Shown here: piece after piece, positions 1 to 10,237 of the stretch
Layout of the letters: each line of letters opens with the position of its first letter
Numbering within the stretch: the stretch's first letter is position 1
Program-made: the position numbers and the translations under genes
From: an uncultured Actinomycetes bacterium
GTDB taxonomy: Bacteria > Actinomycetota > Actinomycetes > Nanopelagicales > Nanopelagicaceae
Assembly: GCA_903834515.1 (NCBI GenBank)
Contig: CAILJM010000039.1
Location: forward strand, 10,600 to 74,599
DNA: 64,000 bases
Direction: 5' to 3'
The notes under the pieces: model-generated
Told to the model about the DNA's origin: nothing
What the model saw: the letters and a program-made list of their open reading frames with translations, nothing else
The model's database searches: none

Positions 1-73
<73 letters not shown>

Positions 74-120
74 TATCTTTCTCACACTTCTTGCATATAT
101 TGCTTAGAACTGGAAGGTAA

Positions 121-1470
121 ATGGCACTCTTTGGCACCGATGGTGTACGAGGGCTAGCCAATCGCGATCTCACCGCTGAACTAGCTTTAGAGCTGGCAAT
201 TTCTGCTGCGCATATTCTCGGAGAAGTTGGCGCCTTCGCTGCTCATCCCAATAAGCGACCTAAGGCAATCATTGGTCAAGACTCTCGCGCATCAGGCGAG
301 TTCCTTGAATCAGCAGTTATCGCTGGCCTTGCCAGTGCCGGAGTAGATGTCTATCGCGTTGGTGTCCTCCCAACTCCTGCGATCGCCTATCTCGTTGCAG
401 AGACTGGCGCAGATCTTGGCGTCATGATTAGCGCTTCGCATAATGCAATGCCAGATAATGGAATCAAATTTTTTGCCAAAGGCGGCGGCAAACTTGATGA
501 TGCGCTAGAGGCAAAGATAGAAGCGCGCATGAAGGAGAAATGGGATCGCCCTGTAGGCGCAGATGTTGGACGAGTGATTGTCGATGAGAGCGCAGCCGAA
601 CGCTACCTCTACCATCTACTCTCCTCTCTCTCGACAAATCTCACGGGGATCAAAGTAGTTGTGGATTGTGCAAATGGCGCCTCTTCTCACATAGCACCAA
701 AGGCATACGAGCGAGCTGGCGCAGAAGTTATTGCTATCTCCGCTTCGCCAAATGGCTTAAATATCAATGAGGGCTGCGGCTCGACCCACCTTAACAACAT
801 CAAGGAAAAAGTGAAGGAAGTCGGGGCTGACCTTGGTATCGCCCACGATGGTGATGCGGATCGATGTTTAGCCGTAGATGCCGATGGAAATGAGATTGAT
901 GGCGACTTCATCATGGCAATCCTCGCTGCCGATCTAAAAGCTCGTGGTGAGTTAAAGAATGAGACTGTTGTCGGCACAGTCATGAGTAACCTCGGATTTA
1001 TTAAAGCGATGTCAGAACATGGAATCACTGTTGAGACCACGGCAGTAGGTGATAGATATGTTCTTGAGAAAATGCTTGCCGATGATCATATTCTCGGGGG
1101 CGAACAATCTGGCCATATCATCATGCGCGCTCATGCTCAGACAGGTGATGGCGTATTGACTGCTCTGCACCTCATGCAAGCGATGAAGAATTCTGGAAAG
1201 AGTCTGGCAGAGCTGGCGCAGGTAATGGTCCGATTCCCACAGGTCCTCATTAACGTCCGAGATGTTAAGAAGGATGACCTTCCTGGCTCCAAAAAAATTC
1301 AAGATGAGATCAAAGCGAAGAGTGATGAATTTGACGGCAAGGGCCGAATATTGGTTCGGGCTTCGGGCACAGAAGCGCTCGTTCGAGTAATGGTTGAAGC
1401 AGAAACCACGCAGGATGCAGAGCAAATCGCCAATGAAATCGCCTCGCTAGTAAGATTAGAACTCTCGTAG
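121..1470 (+). CDS. glmM: phosphoglucosamine mutase
   Basis: 449 aa. N-terminus is LFGTDGVRG, the active-site loop SASHNAMPDNGIKFF is present, and so is the metal site DGDADR. Confidence 0.95.
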   Translation: MALFGTDGVRGLANRDLTAELALELAISAAHILGEVGAFAAHPNKRPKAIIGQDSRASGEFLESAVIAGLASAGVDVYRVGVLPTPAIAYLVAETGADLGVMISASHNAMPDNGIKFFAKGGGKLDDALEAKIEARMKEKWDRPVGADVGRVIVDESAAERYLYHLLSSLSTNLTGIKVVVDCANGASSHIAPKAYERAGAEVIAISASPNGLNINEGCGSTHLNNIKEKVKEVGADLGIAHDGDADRCLAVDADGNEIDGDFIMAILAADLKARGELKNETVVGTVMSNLGFIKAMSEHGITVETTAVGDRYVLEKMLADDHILGGEQSGHIIMRAHAQTGDGVLTALHLMQAMKNSGKSLAELAQVMVRFPQVLINVRDVKKDDLPGSKKIQDEIKAKSDEFDGKGRILVRASGTEALVRVMVEAETTQDAEQIANEIASLVRLELS

Positions 1471-1537
1471 GGCACCATCGCGGGCATTAACTAGAGTTAT
1501 CACTGGCAACAACTTGGGTAGTAAGGAGTCCGGCTAG

Positions 1538-3355
1538 ATGTGTGGCATCGTTGGATATACCGGTAAGTCCACAGCCCTCTCTCCAGTACTTGAAGGCCTT
1601 CGACGACTCGAGTACCGCGGTTACGACTCAGCAGGAATTGCACTCGCCGTCACAAAGGGCGAACCACTCTGGATTGAAAAGCGAGCAGGAAAACTCGGGA
1701 ATTTAGAGTCAACTCTTACGACCGTCCCAGATGCTCATAGCGGTATTGGACACACTCGCTGGGCAACACACGGCGGACCAACCGATCGCAATGCACATCC
1801 CCACCTAGATAACGAGGGAAAGTTAGCCCTCATCCATAACGGAATTATTGAGAACTACGTTGAATTGCGCGAAGAACTTGAAAAGCGCGGGCATATCTTT
1901 AAATCTGAAACTGATACCGAATCCGTAGTTCACCTCTTAAGTGATGCTCGCAAGAAGCACAACGGGGATCTCGCAGCAGCCATGCGTGAAGTCTGCGCAG
2001 AGCTTCGCGGCTCCTTCACCCTTCTTGCAATCCACTCTGATGAGCCTGGTCGTATCGTGGGAGCGAGGCGTAACTCACCACTCGTTGTTGGTGTTGGGGA
2101 TGGCGAAAACTTCTTAGCATCGGATGTCTCGGCATTTATTGCGCACACCAAACACGCTCTCGAACTCGGGCAGGATGAAGTCGTCGACATTACCGCTGAA
2201 AATATTGTTATTACCAATCTTGCCGGTGAGGTATTGCCTCAAAAGGCATATGAAATTTCTTGGGATGCCTCGGCTGCCGAACGAGGCGGTTTCGAACATT
2301 TCATGTTGAAAGAGATTTATGAGCAACCAAAGGCAGTAGCGGATACTTTGATTGGTCGAACAGCCGGACTTGATCCAGAGATCACTGCAGGAATAAACCT
2401 CGAAGGAATAAGCAAGGTCGTAATTATTGCCTGCGGTACCGCCTTCCATGCCGGCCTAGTTGGTAAGTATGCGATCGAAAAATGGGCGAATATCTCAGTT
2501 GATGTTGAGTTGGCATCTGAGTATCGCTACCGCGAACCAAGTGTTGACGGAAATACCCTGATCATCCCGATCTCTCAATCCGGTGAGACGATGGATACGT
2601 TGATGGCGATGCGTTATGCGCGTAGCAAGGGTGCTCGCGTCTTTGCGGTCTGTAATACTAATGGATCAACAATTCCCCGAGAATCTGATGCAGTTCTTTA
2701 TACGCATGCAGGGCCTGAGATTGCAGTTGCCTCCACCAAAGCTTTTCTTACTCAGTTGATCGCGATGTATTTGATCGCACTTCACCTAGGAAGTGTCCGC
2801 GGCTCACTTACTCAAGCCGAGCACGAAGAGATTGTTGGTCATCTTGCTGAGCTTCCAGGCAAGGTCGAGCAAGTCCTCGAGACAGTTGAACCGCTTCGAG
2901 CACTTACTCGTCAATTCAAGGACGCGTCCTCAATGCTCTTCCTTGGTCGTCACGTCGGTTTCCCTACAGCGCTCGAGGGTGCACTCAAACTCAAAGAGTT
3001 GGCATATATGCATGCAGAGGGTTTTGCGGGTGGCGAGCTCAAGCATGGCCCCATCGCATTGATCGACCAAGGCACGCCGGTCGTTGCCGTTATGCCAGCA
3101 TTTGGATCACTTCTGGCAGAGAAAATGGCGAGCAATGTTCAGGAAGTGAAGGCACGCGGTGCAATCATTATTGCAATTGGCGATGGTGACCTTTCGAGTG
3201 CGGATCACATGATTCGAATTCCAGCCACACATCCATTTTTGGAGCCAGTATTGTCGGTAGTTCCTCTTCAAGTCATTGCCTACGAAATGGCAATCGCGCG
3301 TGGAAATGATGTAGACCAGCCTCGTAATTTGGCTAAATCTGTCACGGTGGAATAA
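1538..3355 (+). CDS. glmS: glutamine--fructose-6-phosphate aminotransferase (isomerizing)
   Basis: 605 aa. It starts with MCGIVGY (Ntn Cys2), has two SIS domains, and ends in the typical KSVTVE. Confidence 0.95.
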   Translation: MCGIVGYTGKSTALSPVLEGLRRLEYRGYDSAGIALAVTKGEPLWIEKRAGKLGNLESTLTTVPDAHSGIGHTRWATHGGPTDRNAHPHLDNEGKLALIHNGIIENYVELREELEKRGHIFKSETDTESVVHLLSDARKKHNGDLAAAMREVCAELRGSFTLLAIHSDEPGRIVGARRNSPLVVGVGDGENFLASDVSAFIAHTKHALELGQDEVVDITAENIVITNLAGEVLPQKAYEISWDASAAERGGFEHFMLKEIYEQPKAVADTLIGRTAGLDPEITAGINLEGISKVVIIACGTAFHAGLVGKYAIEKWANISVDVELASEYRYREPSVDGNTLIIPISQSGETMDTLMAMRYARSKGARVFAVCNTNGSTIPRESDAVLYTHAGPEIAVASTKAFLTQLIAMYLIALHLGSVRGSLTQAEHEEIVGHLAELPGKVEQVLETVEPLRALTRQFKDASSMLFLGRHVGFPTALEGALKLKELAYMHAEGFAGGELKHGPIALIDQGTPVVAVMPAFGSLLAEKMASNVQEVKARGAIIIAIGDGDLSSADHMIRIPATHPFLEPVLSVVPLQVIAYEMAIARGNDVDQPRNLAKSVTVE

Positions 3356-4027
3356 ATGTTTGGCAACCTCCCGCAACTTCGAAGAGATGAGATGTTTCGG
3401 GCTTTTCGCTGGTCCGCAATTCTCTTTCTAGGATTTCTCGTTGTTACAGAGCAAGTTCTGACGCGAAGCTACCTTTACCGATTTGATCATTGGATCAAAA
3501 ATCTTCGCCATCACACCTTCAGGGGTTTATCGAGCCACGCACTTCTAGCTCTCGATGATCTAGGACTTCGCAGCCTAACTGCAACTGTATTGATCACCTT
3601 GGCGGTCTTCATCGGCTGGCGATTTAAATCGCTTCGTCCTCTCTATTTATCACTCTCTGCACTCTTGTTGCTCAATGGTGTTGTAGGTATTTCAAAGGTG
3701 ATTTTTGGCCGTTCGAAGCCTCGCCTCTCTCTCGATTTACTGCACGCAGGAGGCCTCTCCTACCCGAGCGGACATTCCGCTAACGCGCTCCTGACATGGG
3801 GGATGTGCTCGTACTTGATTTATCGATACACACATCGCGAGCCCTTTGAAGGAATCAAACTCAATTGGCTCGTCATAACGATAACCATTACCGTCTGCAT
3901 CGTCTCACTTATACGTGACACTCATTGGTTCTCTGATTTGTTGGGCGGCGTACTAATTGGTGGTTCATTGCTGGTATTTCTGATTGCGATTGATAGAGCT
4001 TGGCCATCCGAAAGGCAGCCCTCATGA
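3356..4027 (+). CDS. PAP2-family membrane phosphatase
   Basis: 223 aa and polytopic. The three PAP2 motifs are present: K-x6-RP (SKPRLSL region), PSGHS, and R-x-x-H-x-x-x-D (IRDTHWFSD). Confidence 0.7.
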   Translation: MFGNLPQLRRDEMFRAFRWSAILFLGFLVVTEQVLTRSYLYRFDHWIKNLRHHTFRGLSSHALLALDDLGLRSLTATVLITLAVFIGWRFKSLRPLYLSLSALLLLNGVVGISKVIFGRSKPRLSLDLLHAGGLSYPSGHSANALLTWGMCSYLIYRYTHREPFEGIKLNWLVITITITVCIVSLIRDTHWFSDLLGGVLIGGSLLVFLIAIDRAWPSERQPS

Positions 4028-4365
4028 TTTTCGGAATTGGTATCGATGTCGTCAATATCGCAAGATTCGAAGAGTCACTGCTGCGTACGCCTTCACTCAA
4101 GGGCCGTCTCTTCAAGGGTGCAGAACTAGAGCGCCCGATTCACTCACTTGCTGCGCGATTTGCGGCAAAAGAGGCGATCGCAAAGGCGATGGATTCCAAG
4201 GAGAATTTCCATTGGCAAGATGTCGAGATCATCAATCTTGCGACAGGAAAGCCAACCTTCCAACTAAGCGGCACCACCGCAGATTTTCTCGCGGGCAAGC
4301 AGGTTCATCTCACACTTTCGCATGATTCAGGAATCGCATCAGCAATGGTGGTGATCGAGGAATGA
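4024..4365 (+). CDS. acpS: holo-[acyl-carrier-protein] synthase
   Basis: MIFGIGIDVVNIARF is the canonical AcpS N-terminus. I moved the start from the 4000 ORF start to ATG 4024, which forms an ATGA overlap with the PAP2 stop. Confidence 0.85.
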   Translation: MIFGIGIDVVNIARFEESLLRTPSLKGRLFKGAELERPIHSLAARFAAKEAIAKAMDSKENFHWQDVEIINLATGKPTFQLSGTTADFLAGKQVHLTLSHDSGIASAMVVIEE

Positions 4366-5474
4366 GCGAGCACCGCGCCTACGTTGAGATAGACCTCACG
4401 GCAGTCGAAGAGAACATTCGCACTATTGCGAGTAATACCGATGCTCAGATATTGGCAGTGGTTAAAGCCGATGCATATGGACATGGACTTGTAGAAGTTG
4501 CTCGAACCGCCCTTGCCTCTGGTGCAACATGGTTAGGTACGGCGCTGCTTGAGGAAGCGCTCCAACTGAGAGCATTTGGCTTAAGCGGATCTATCTTGGC
4601 GTGGCTCACCCCACCGGGTGATGACTTTGATGAAGCGTTGAGAGAGAAGATTGATATCTCAATCTCTTCCCTGGCAATACTTGAGGAAATTCTCGCCGCG
4701 GGTGAGAGAACAGGGATCACACCGCGCGTACATATTGAAGTTGATACCGGAATGACACGTGGTGGATTTCTTGAGGAATGGGATCCATTCTTACTTCGCT
4801 TACAAGAAGTTAAAGATTCACTTCATATCGTCGGATTCTGGACCCACTTCGCGCGAGCGGATGAACCTGATTCAGATTTCACCGATCAGCAATTGATACT
4901 TTTTAATGTCTTGCTCAATTCACTGCAGAGCCAGGGCATCTATCCAGAGATCATCCACGCTGCTAATTCTGCGGGCGCTATCGCGCACCCAGGTTCGCAT
5001 AAGCAGATGATTCGTCTGGGAATCGCAATGTACGGTTTGAGCCCAGATGTTGGACATATGGGTGGATCAGAGAAGCTTGGCTTGCGGCCGGCCATGAGCA
5101 TCAAAGCAAAATTGGTAAATGTGAAGAGCGTGCCCGCTCTCTCTCGGGTTGGTTACGGCGGAATGGGCGTTACAGATATGGATACCAAACTCGGGATTGT
5201 CTGTATGGGTTATAGCGACGGGCTTCCCCGTCGTGCTGATGCAACAGCCGGCGTCTCCTACAAGGGTGAACTTGCTCGACTCATTGGGCGCGTCTCAATG
5301 GATCAATGTGTGGTCGATCTTGGGCCAGATTCCACCGCCCTTGCCGGCGAGTACGTCACCGTGATTGGCGAAGATGGATTTAGCGCCGATGATTGGGCTA
5401 GTGCGGCCGGCACTATTAATTATGAAATAACCACACGGATTGCCTCGCGATTGCCTAGGATCTACCATCGGTAA
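4362..5474 (+). CDS. alr: alanine racemase
   Basis: 370 aa. The PLP-lysine motif VVKADAYGHG is present, and there is an ATGA overlap with acpS. Confidence 0.92.
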   Translation: MSEHRAYVEIDLTAVEENIRTIASNTDAQILAVVKADAYGHGLVEVARTALASGATWLGTALLEEALQLRAFGLSGSILAWLTPPGDDFDEALREKIDISISSLAILEEILAAGERTGITPRVHIEVDTGMTRGGFLEEWDPFLLRLQEVKDSLHIVGFWTHFARADEPDSDFTDQQLILFNVLLNSLQSQGIYPEIIHAANSAGAIAHPGSHKQMIRLGIAMYGLSPDVGHMGGSEKLGLRPAMSIKAKLVNVKSVPALSRVGYGGMGVTDMDTKLGIVCMGYSDGLPRRADATAGVSYKGELARLIGRVSMDQCVVDLGPDSTALAGEYVTVIGEDGFSADDWASAAGTINYEITTRIASRLPRIYHR

Positions 5475-5512
5475 GTAGTCATCCATTCAGCGCTGAAAAG
5501 GAGTAAATCGAG

Positions 5513-6289
5513 TTGTCCTCTCATGCAACATCGCTTCTCTCGGTGGAATCGGTTTATGTTCATTTCGGTGGCCTTAAAGCACTTTCAAATATTCACTGTG
5601 AAATCAACGCTGGTGAGGTTGTTGGCCTAATCGGGCCAAACGGCGCTGGTAAAACGACCCTCTTTAATGTTCTTTCAGGCCTAGTTAAGCCAACTTCGGG
5701 TCAGCTCTCCCTTGAAGGGATGCAACGCCCCTGGCTTGAGCCACATGAATTAGTTGAGCAAGGGATTGCCAGAACGCTCCAAGGTGTGGGTTTATTTGGC
5801 GACCTCACTGTTTTGGAAAATGTCATGATTGGTGCCGAAATTCATGCAAGAGCTGGTCTTGCGCGTGCACTATTTGGTGCGAACAAACAGAGCGAGAATG
5901 AATTACGACGACGCGCGCAGATCGCCCTAGAAAATACTTATTGCGCCGATCTTGCAGATCGAAGAGCAGATTCCCTCCCATATCCCATCACTAAACGTGT
6001 AGCAATTGCGCGGGCTTTAGTGAGTAATCCGAAATTACTTCTTCTTGATGAGCCCGCAGGCGGGTTGGGAGTTCAAGATATTGAATGGATGAAGGGATTG
6101 ATACGAAATATCAGAGGCACTACCTCTGTTCTGATCGTTGAACACCATATGGATGTAGTGATGAGTGTCTGCGACCGCATCTATGTCCTTAACTTCGGCG
6201 AACTTATAGCCGAGGGAACTCCCGAGCAGGTACGTGAAAATCCAGCGGTTGTCGCGGCCTATCTTGGTAGTCATGCTGGTGCGCAATGA
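5513..6289 (+). CDS. livG: branched-chain/hydrophobic amino-acid ABC transporter, ATP-binding protein (LivG type)
   Basis: 258 aa with a TTG start. Walker A is GPNGAGKTT, the signature region precedes LLLLDEPAGG, and the LivG-type C-terminus (NPAVVAAYLG) is present. Confidence 0.85.
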   Translation: MSSHATSLLSVESVYVHFGGLKALSNIHCEINAGEVVGLIGPNGAGKTTLFNVLSGLVKPTSGQLSLEGMQRPWLEPHELVEQGIARTLQGVGLFGDLTVLENVMIGAEIHARAGLARALFGANKQSENELRRRAQIALENTYCADLADRRADSLPYPITKRVAIARALVSNPKLLLLDEPAGGLGVQDIEWMKGLIRNIRGTTSVLIVEHHMDVVMSVCDRIYVLNFGELIAEGTPEQVRENPAVVAAYLGSHAGAQ

Positions 6290-6996
6290 CGCTAGTTGTT
6301 CAAGGTTTAGAAGTGAAGCATGGAGCAATCTCTGCGATATCTGGCCTTAGTTTTACTATCCGCAAAGGTGAGCTCGTAACCATCATTGGAAGTAATGGCG
6401 CAGGGAAGACAACCCTTTTGCGTGCGCTCTCTGGTTTGCTACCCATAAGCCACGGCGAGATTTCCTGGAACGAAAAAACTTTGATTGGAAAACGCCCTGA
6501 GGAACTTGTGCGCCGAGGAATAGTTCATGTCTCTGAAGGCAAAGCTGTAATTCCTGAATTAACTGTGAGCGAGAACTTGCAACTGGGTGGGATCTGGCGA
6601 AAGGATCGATCCGATGTTGCTGCCGCCACTGCGGAGGTCATCGAGCTATTCCCGAGATTAGGCGAGCGACTTTCGCAAGGAGCAGACACGCTATCGGGTG
6701 GCGAACGTCAGATGCTTGCCATAGGCCGCGCGATGATTTCTCGTCCAGAGTTACTTCTCTTAGATGAGCCATCCCTTGGGCTTGCACCCCTGATTATCGA
6801 CCAAATATTTAGCGCAATAGATGCACTTCGACATCGCACAAATCTCACTGTTGTATTGGTTGAACAAAATGCGATCTCTGCACTTCGAATTGCGGACCGG
6901 GGAATTATTATTAATTTAGGAAGACACGTGACCACGGGGACGCCTTCGGAGCTACTCAATGACCCAGCCCTCCGCGCTGCATACTTGGGGTATTAA
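6286..6996 (+). CDS. livF: branched-chain/hydrophobic amino-acid ABC transporter, ATP-binding protein (LivF type)
   Basis: 236 aa. Walker A is GSNGAGKTT, the signature is LSGGERQ, the Walker B region is LLLLDEPS, and the C-terminus is AAYLG. There is a 4-nt overlap with the upstream gene. Confidence 0.85.
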   Translation: MTLVVQGLEVKHGAISAISGLSFTIRKGELVTIIGSNGAGKTTLLRALSGLLPISHGEISWNEKTLIGKRPEELVRRGIVHVSEGKAVIPELTVSENLQLGGIWRKDRSDVAAATAEVIELFPRLGERLSQGADTLSGGERQMLAIGRAMISRPELLLLDEPSLGLAPLIIDQIFSAIDALRHRTNLTVVLVEQNAISALRIADRGIIINLGRHVTTGTPSELLNDPALRAAYLGY

Positions 6997-7892
6997 TGAA
7001 TACATTCTTCAGCACGATACTTGTCGGGATAAGCAGCGGGGCGATCTATTCCCTGATGTCACTCGCGTTGGTTTTAGTGTGGCGCTCTACTCGAGTCGTA
7101 AATTTCGCAGCCGCTGGTCAAGCAATCCTCTCCACATATATTGGTTATGAAGCCATGAGCGCGCTGCACAACTATTGGCTCTCGCTCCCAGTTGCACTTA
7201 TCTCAGGAGCCTTGATCAGCGCCGTCATTGAATCCTTCATCATGCGCCCACTTGCAAAACGCACTCAAGGAACGGCGGTGGAGTCAATTGCCCCAGTGAT
7301 TGCGACTCTTGGCATTCTTGGATTAATTCGAAGTCTTGTCGGCCTCATGTGGGGAAATACTTTTTTGCAATACACCTCACCATTGAGCAGCAAGGGCTTC
7401 ACGGTGGGGCACACGACGATTCCATTTTCACCGCTCAATGCTGCGATAGTTGTGGGTGCCGCCATTGTTTTGCTCATCTTCGCTCTTATTTTTCGTTTTA
7501 CCCGCCTCGGTCTTTCACTCAGGGCTGCGAGCTTTCAACCGGAAATTGCACGACTATCAGGAATTAGAGTGGATCGAATTCGTACCGTCGGTTGGGCATT
7601 TGCAGGCGCCGCAGGAGCCGTCGCTGGCGCTCTTGTTACTCCAACGTCTTATCTATCTCCCAACTCCCTGGACTTGTTGTTAGTGAGTGGATTCGTTGCG
7701 GCTGTTATCGGAGGACTCGAGAGTTTGATTGGTGCCGTTGTAGGAGGTTTGGTTCTTGGCCTCGGTTTCGCATTCATTCTGCAGTACATCGGAAGTTCGG
7801 TGACTTTCAGTGCGGCTTTCATTATTTTAATCCTCGTCCTGATCGTGCGTCCTCAAGGAATATTTGGCGCGAGGAGTACCCGTGAAGCTTAA
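6996..7892 (+). CDS. livH: branched-chain amino-acid ABC transporter permease (LivH type)
   Basis: 298 aa, polytopic and hydrophobic, in the expected position in a Liv-type operon. Confidence 0.8.
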   Translation: MNTFFSTILVGISSGAIYSLMSLALVLVWRSTRVVNFAAAGQAILSTYIGYEAMSALHNYWLSLPVALISGALISAVIESFIMRPLAKRTQGTAVESIAPVIATLGILGLIRSLVGLMWGNTFLQYTSPLSSKGFTVGHTTIPFSPLNAAIVVGAAIVLLIFALIFRFTRLGLSLRAASFQPEIARLSGIRVDRIRTVGWAFAGAAGAVAGALVTPTSYLSPNSLDLLLVSGFVAAVIGGLESLIGAVVGGLVLGLGFAFILQYIGSSVTFSAAFIILILVLIVRPQGIFGARSTREA

Positions 7893-8877
7893 GCAAATCC
7901 TCGCTCCGTTGAGAAGCGCTTCGCCTCGAATGAGAATTTTGCTCTCGGTTGCGATCGGCGCACTATTGCTCTTTGCAAGTGGTCATGTTGATGAACTCCG
8001 TTCTTATCAAGGGGCGCAAGTAGCAATTTATGCGATTGCGATATCTTCGATCGTTTTACTTACTGGATTCTCTGGTCAGATCTCTCTAGGTCATGGCGCG
8101 CTGATGGCAATCGGAGGTTATGCCGCTGTATTGGCGCAGATCCATTGGCACCTTCCTTACCCATTGACATTCTTGGTAGGCGGCGCAGCCGGTGCTGGTG
8201 CTGGGTATTTATTAGGAATAGCTGCTGCGCGATTGCGCGGACCTTATTTGGCAGGAACCACACTCGCACTTGCTGTTGGACTACCTTCACTTGCGAATCA
8301 ATTCCATATCCTCGGGGGAGAGCAGGGATTGAGTTTCGATATTGGTACTGCGCCAACGTGGATCGGAAATGACTTTTCGCAGTACCGATGGTTCTTTTGG
8401 GTCGCCGTGGTACTCGCCCTCGCCGTTTATTGGCTTTTAAGGAATTTGTTATCAACTCGTTATGGAAGGCGGTGGAGAGCACTTCGCTCTAATCCGACCG
8501 CAGCGGCACTTGCAGGCATCAATGTCGCTCGGGCAAAAGTATTGGCATTTACGCTCAGTTCTTGCGTTGCAGGCCTTGCTGGCTCGTTATTCGCCATGCT
8601 TCTTGGTTTGGTTGCGCCACTGGCCTTTACCTTGACCCTTTCCTTTACCTTGGTAACAGGTGCGGTGCTTGCGGGAGTGAGCAACCTCGGGGGTAGCATT
8701 GTTGGCGCAGTGGTTTTGGTTTCAATCCCAGAGCTCTCGAACGCGATCTCATCGCACTTCGGAGGATCTGAGAAGGTAACTTCAAACCTTCCTGGTGTCA
8801 TCACGAGCGTGCTCCTGATTGCAACGGTTCTCTTAGCCCCCAATGGGCCAAAGTTCCCTACACGCAGACACCAATAA
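7864..8877 (+). CDS. livM: branched-chain amino-acid ABC transporter permease (LivM type)
   Basis: 337 aa and polytopic, with the GQISLGHGALMAIGGY motif typical of LivM. The start is uncertain: ATG 7864 overlaps livH by 29 nt, and GTG 7882 is an alternative. Confidence 0.8.
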   Translation: MARGVPVKLKQILAPLRSASPRMRILLSVAIGALLLFASGHVDELRSYQGAQVAIYAIAISSIVLLTGFSGQISLGHGALMAIGGYAAVLAQIHWHLPYPLTFLVGGAAGAGAGYLLGIAAARLRGPYLAGTTLALAVGLPSLANQFHILGGEQGLSFDIGTAPTWIGNDFSQYRWFFWVAVVLALAVYWLLRNLLSTRYGRRWRALRSNPTAAALAGINVARAKVLAFTLSSCVAGLAGSLFAMLLGLVAPLAFTLTLSFTLVTGAVLAGVSNLGGSIVGAVVLVSIPELSNAISSHFGGSEKVTSNLPGVITSVLLIATVLLAPNGPKFPTRRHQ

Positions 8878-8923
8878 AACTTAATATCGTCAATTCCTAC
8901 ATACCCTCAATGGAAGGAAATTC

Positions 8924-10237
8924 ATGCTCGTTCAGCGCCGAACAGAAGGCAGAAGACTCGGAGTATTTGCGACCGCAGCAGTGGCCGCAACAGCACTGAT
9001 TGCAAGTGCGCTCCCTGCTCATGCCGAGACTGGTGTAACCAGTTCAACAATCAAACTCGGAATCACCGTACCTATGACAGGTGCAGCAGCACCTGGCTAC
9101 AACAAGATTCCCGCAGCAATGACTGCATACTTTAATTACGTCAATGCAAATGGTGGAGTTAACGGCCGCAAGGTTCAGCTCATCGTCAAGGATGATGCAT
9201 ACTCACCAGCACAGACCCTCTCTGTCACCAATGACCTCATTCTGAAAGACAAAGTCTTCGCAGTCGTTGGCACGCTCGGAACTGCAAATAATGAAGCAAC
9301 AACACGCCTCATTAACAGTCACGGCGTACCCCGCCTCTTTGTAAATACTGGTTATAGCGGCTTTGCAGATATGAAGAAATATCCAACAACCTTCCCGCTC
9401 TTCCCGTCATATGCGACCGAAGCGAAGGTCATGGGTAAGTACATCGCCGACAACTACGCTGGCCACAAAGTGGCACTTATCTACCAAGATGATGACTTTG
9501 GCGCAGATGCACTCAAGGGCTTTGCGACCGCAGGTACAACATTTGCGGCGAAGATTCCATACTCTGCACTCTCACAAGCCGATCCTTCAGTCGTTGGAAA
9601 ATGGATCACATCTATCGTTGGCGCTGGCGCTGACACAGTTGTGATGTTTGGCGTTACCAGCGCAACTGGCGCACTCGCAGGTGGCTTATATAAAGCAGGA
9701 CTCATTGGCAAAGTGCAGATGATTCTTGGATCAGTCGGTAGCGATGGGACAACTCTCAAGGGACTCCTTGGACCGTTGGCTCCAGCTCTTGCTGGATCTG
9801 TTGCTGCTTCATTCCTACCTTCACCATCAGATGCAACAGATGAGTATGTAAACCTCTTCAAAGAGGTAAATACTAAATACAACGCTGGTGCTGCTTTCGA
9901 TAACAACGTTTTGGTTGGTATGAATACAGCTATGTTGACGGTCGAAGCGCTTCGCGCTGCTGGCCAGAGCCCTACTCGCGCTTCGTTGATTAAGGCAATT
10001 TCTGCTAAGGGTTCAACATGGGCATCGGCCGCATTCTCGCCAATTCTCTACAGCGCAAAGAGCCACGTCGGTTACACCGGATACTGGTTCGGAAAACTTG
10101 GGCTTGATGGAAACGCAGTTTCTGTTGACGGCCCAGGTAAGTACACGCTTTACACAACCGATTCTGGAAGTGCGCCTGTTGTTAAAACAGCAGCCGTTCG
10201 CCCAGCCATGCCAGCGAAGGGATTGCCAAACAACTAA
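8924..10237 (+). CDS. ABC transporter substrate-binding protein, Leu/Ile/Val-binding (type 1 PBP) family
   Basis: 437 aa with a signal peptide (ALPAHA/ET). The IKLG...P.TG...G motif is typical of LivK-family binding proteins, and the operon context fits. Confidence 0.8.
   Translation: MLVQRRTEGRRLGVFATAAVAATALIASALPAHAETGVTSSTIKLGITVPMTGAAAPGYNKIPAAMTAYFNYVNANGGVNGRKVQLIVKDDAYSPAQTLSVTNDLILKDKVFAVVGTLGTANNEATTRLINSHGVPRLFVNTGYSGFADMKKYPTTFPLFPSYATEAKVMGKYIADNYAGHKVALIYQDDDFGADALKGFATAGTTFAAKIPYSALSQADPSVVGKWITSIVGAGADTVVMFGVTSATGALAGGLYKAGLIGKVQMILGSVGSDGTTLKGLLGPLAPALAGSVAASFLPSPSDATDEYVNLFKEVNTKYNAGAAFDNNVLVGMNTAMLTVEALRAAGQSPTRASLIKAISAKGSTWASAAFSPILYSAKSHVGYTGYWFGKLGLDGNAVSVDGPGKYTLYTTDSGSAPVVKTAAVRPAMPAKGLPNN

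Noticed and set aside
1471-1537. A possible glmS ribozyme upstream of glmS.
   Set aside because: The glmM-glmS spacer is only 67 nt, too short for the ribozyme core of about 170 nt. I saw none of its conserved segments.
3984-4325. A 113-aa plus-strand ORF overlapping acpS in another frame.
   Set aside because: The acpS frame has the canonical GIGIDV start and conserved core. The alternative frame is Arg/Cys-rich with no motifs.
8060-8843. Minus-strand ORFs of 140 and 127 aa within livM.
   Set aside because: They are antisense to a hydrophobic permease gene with a clear LivM motif, and there is no independent support.
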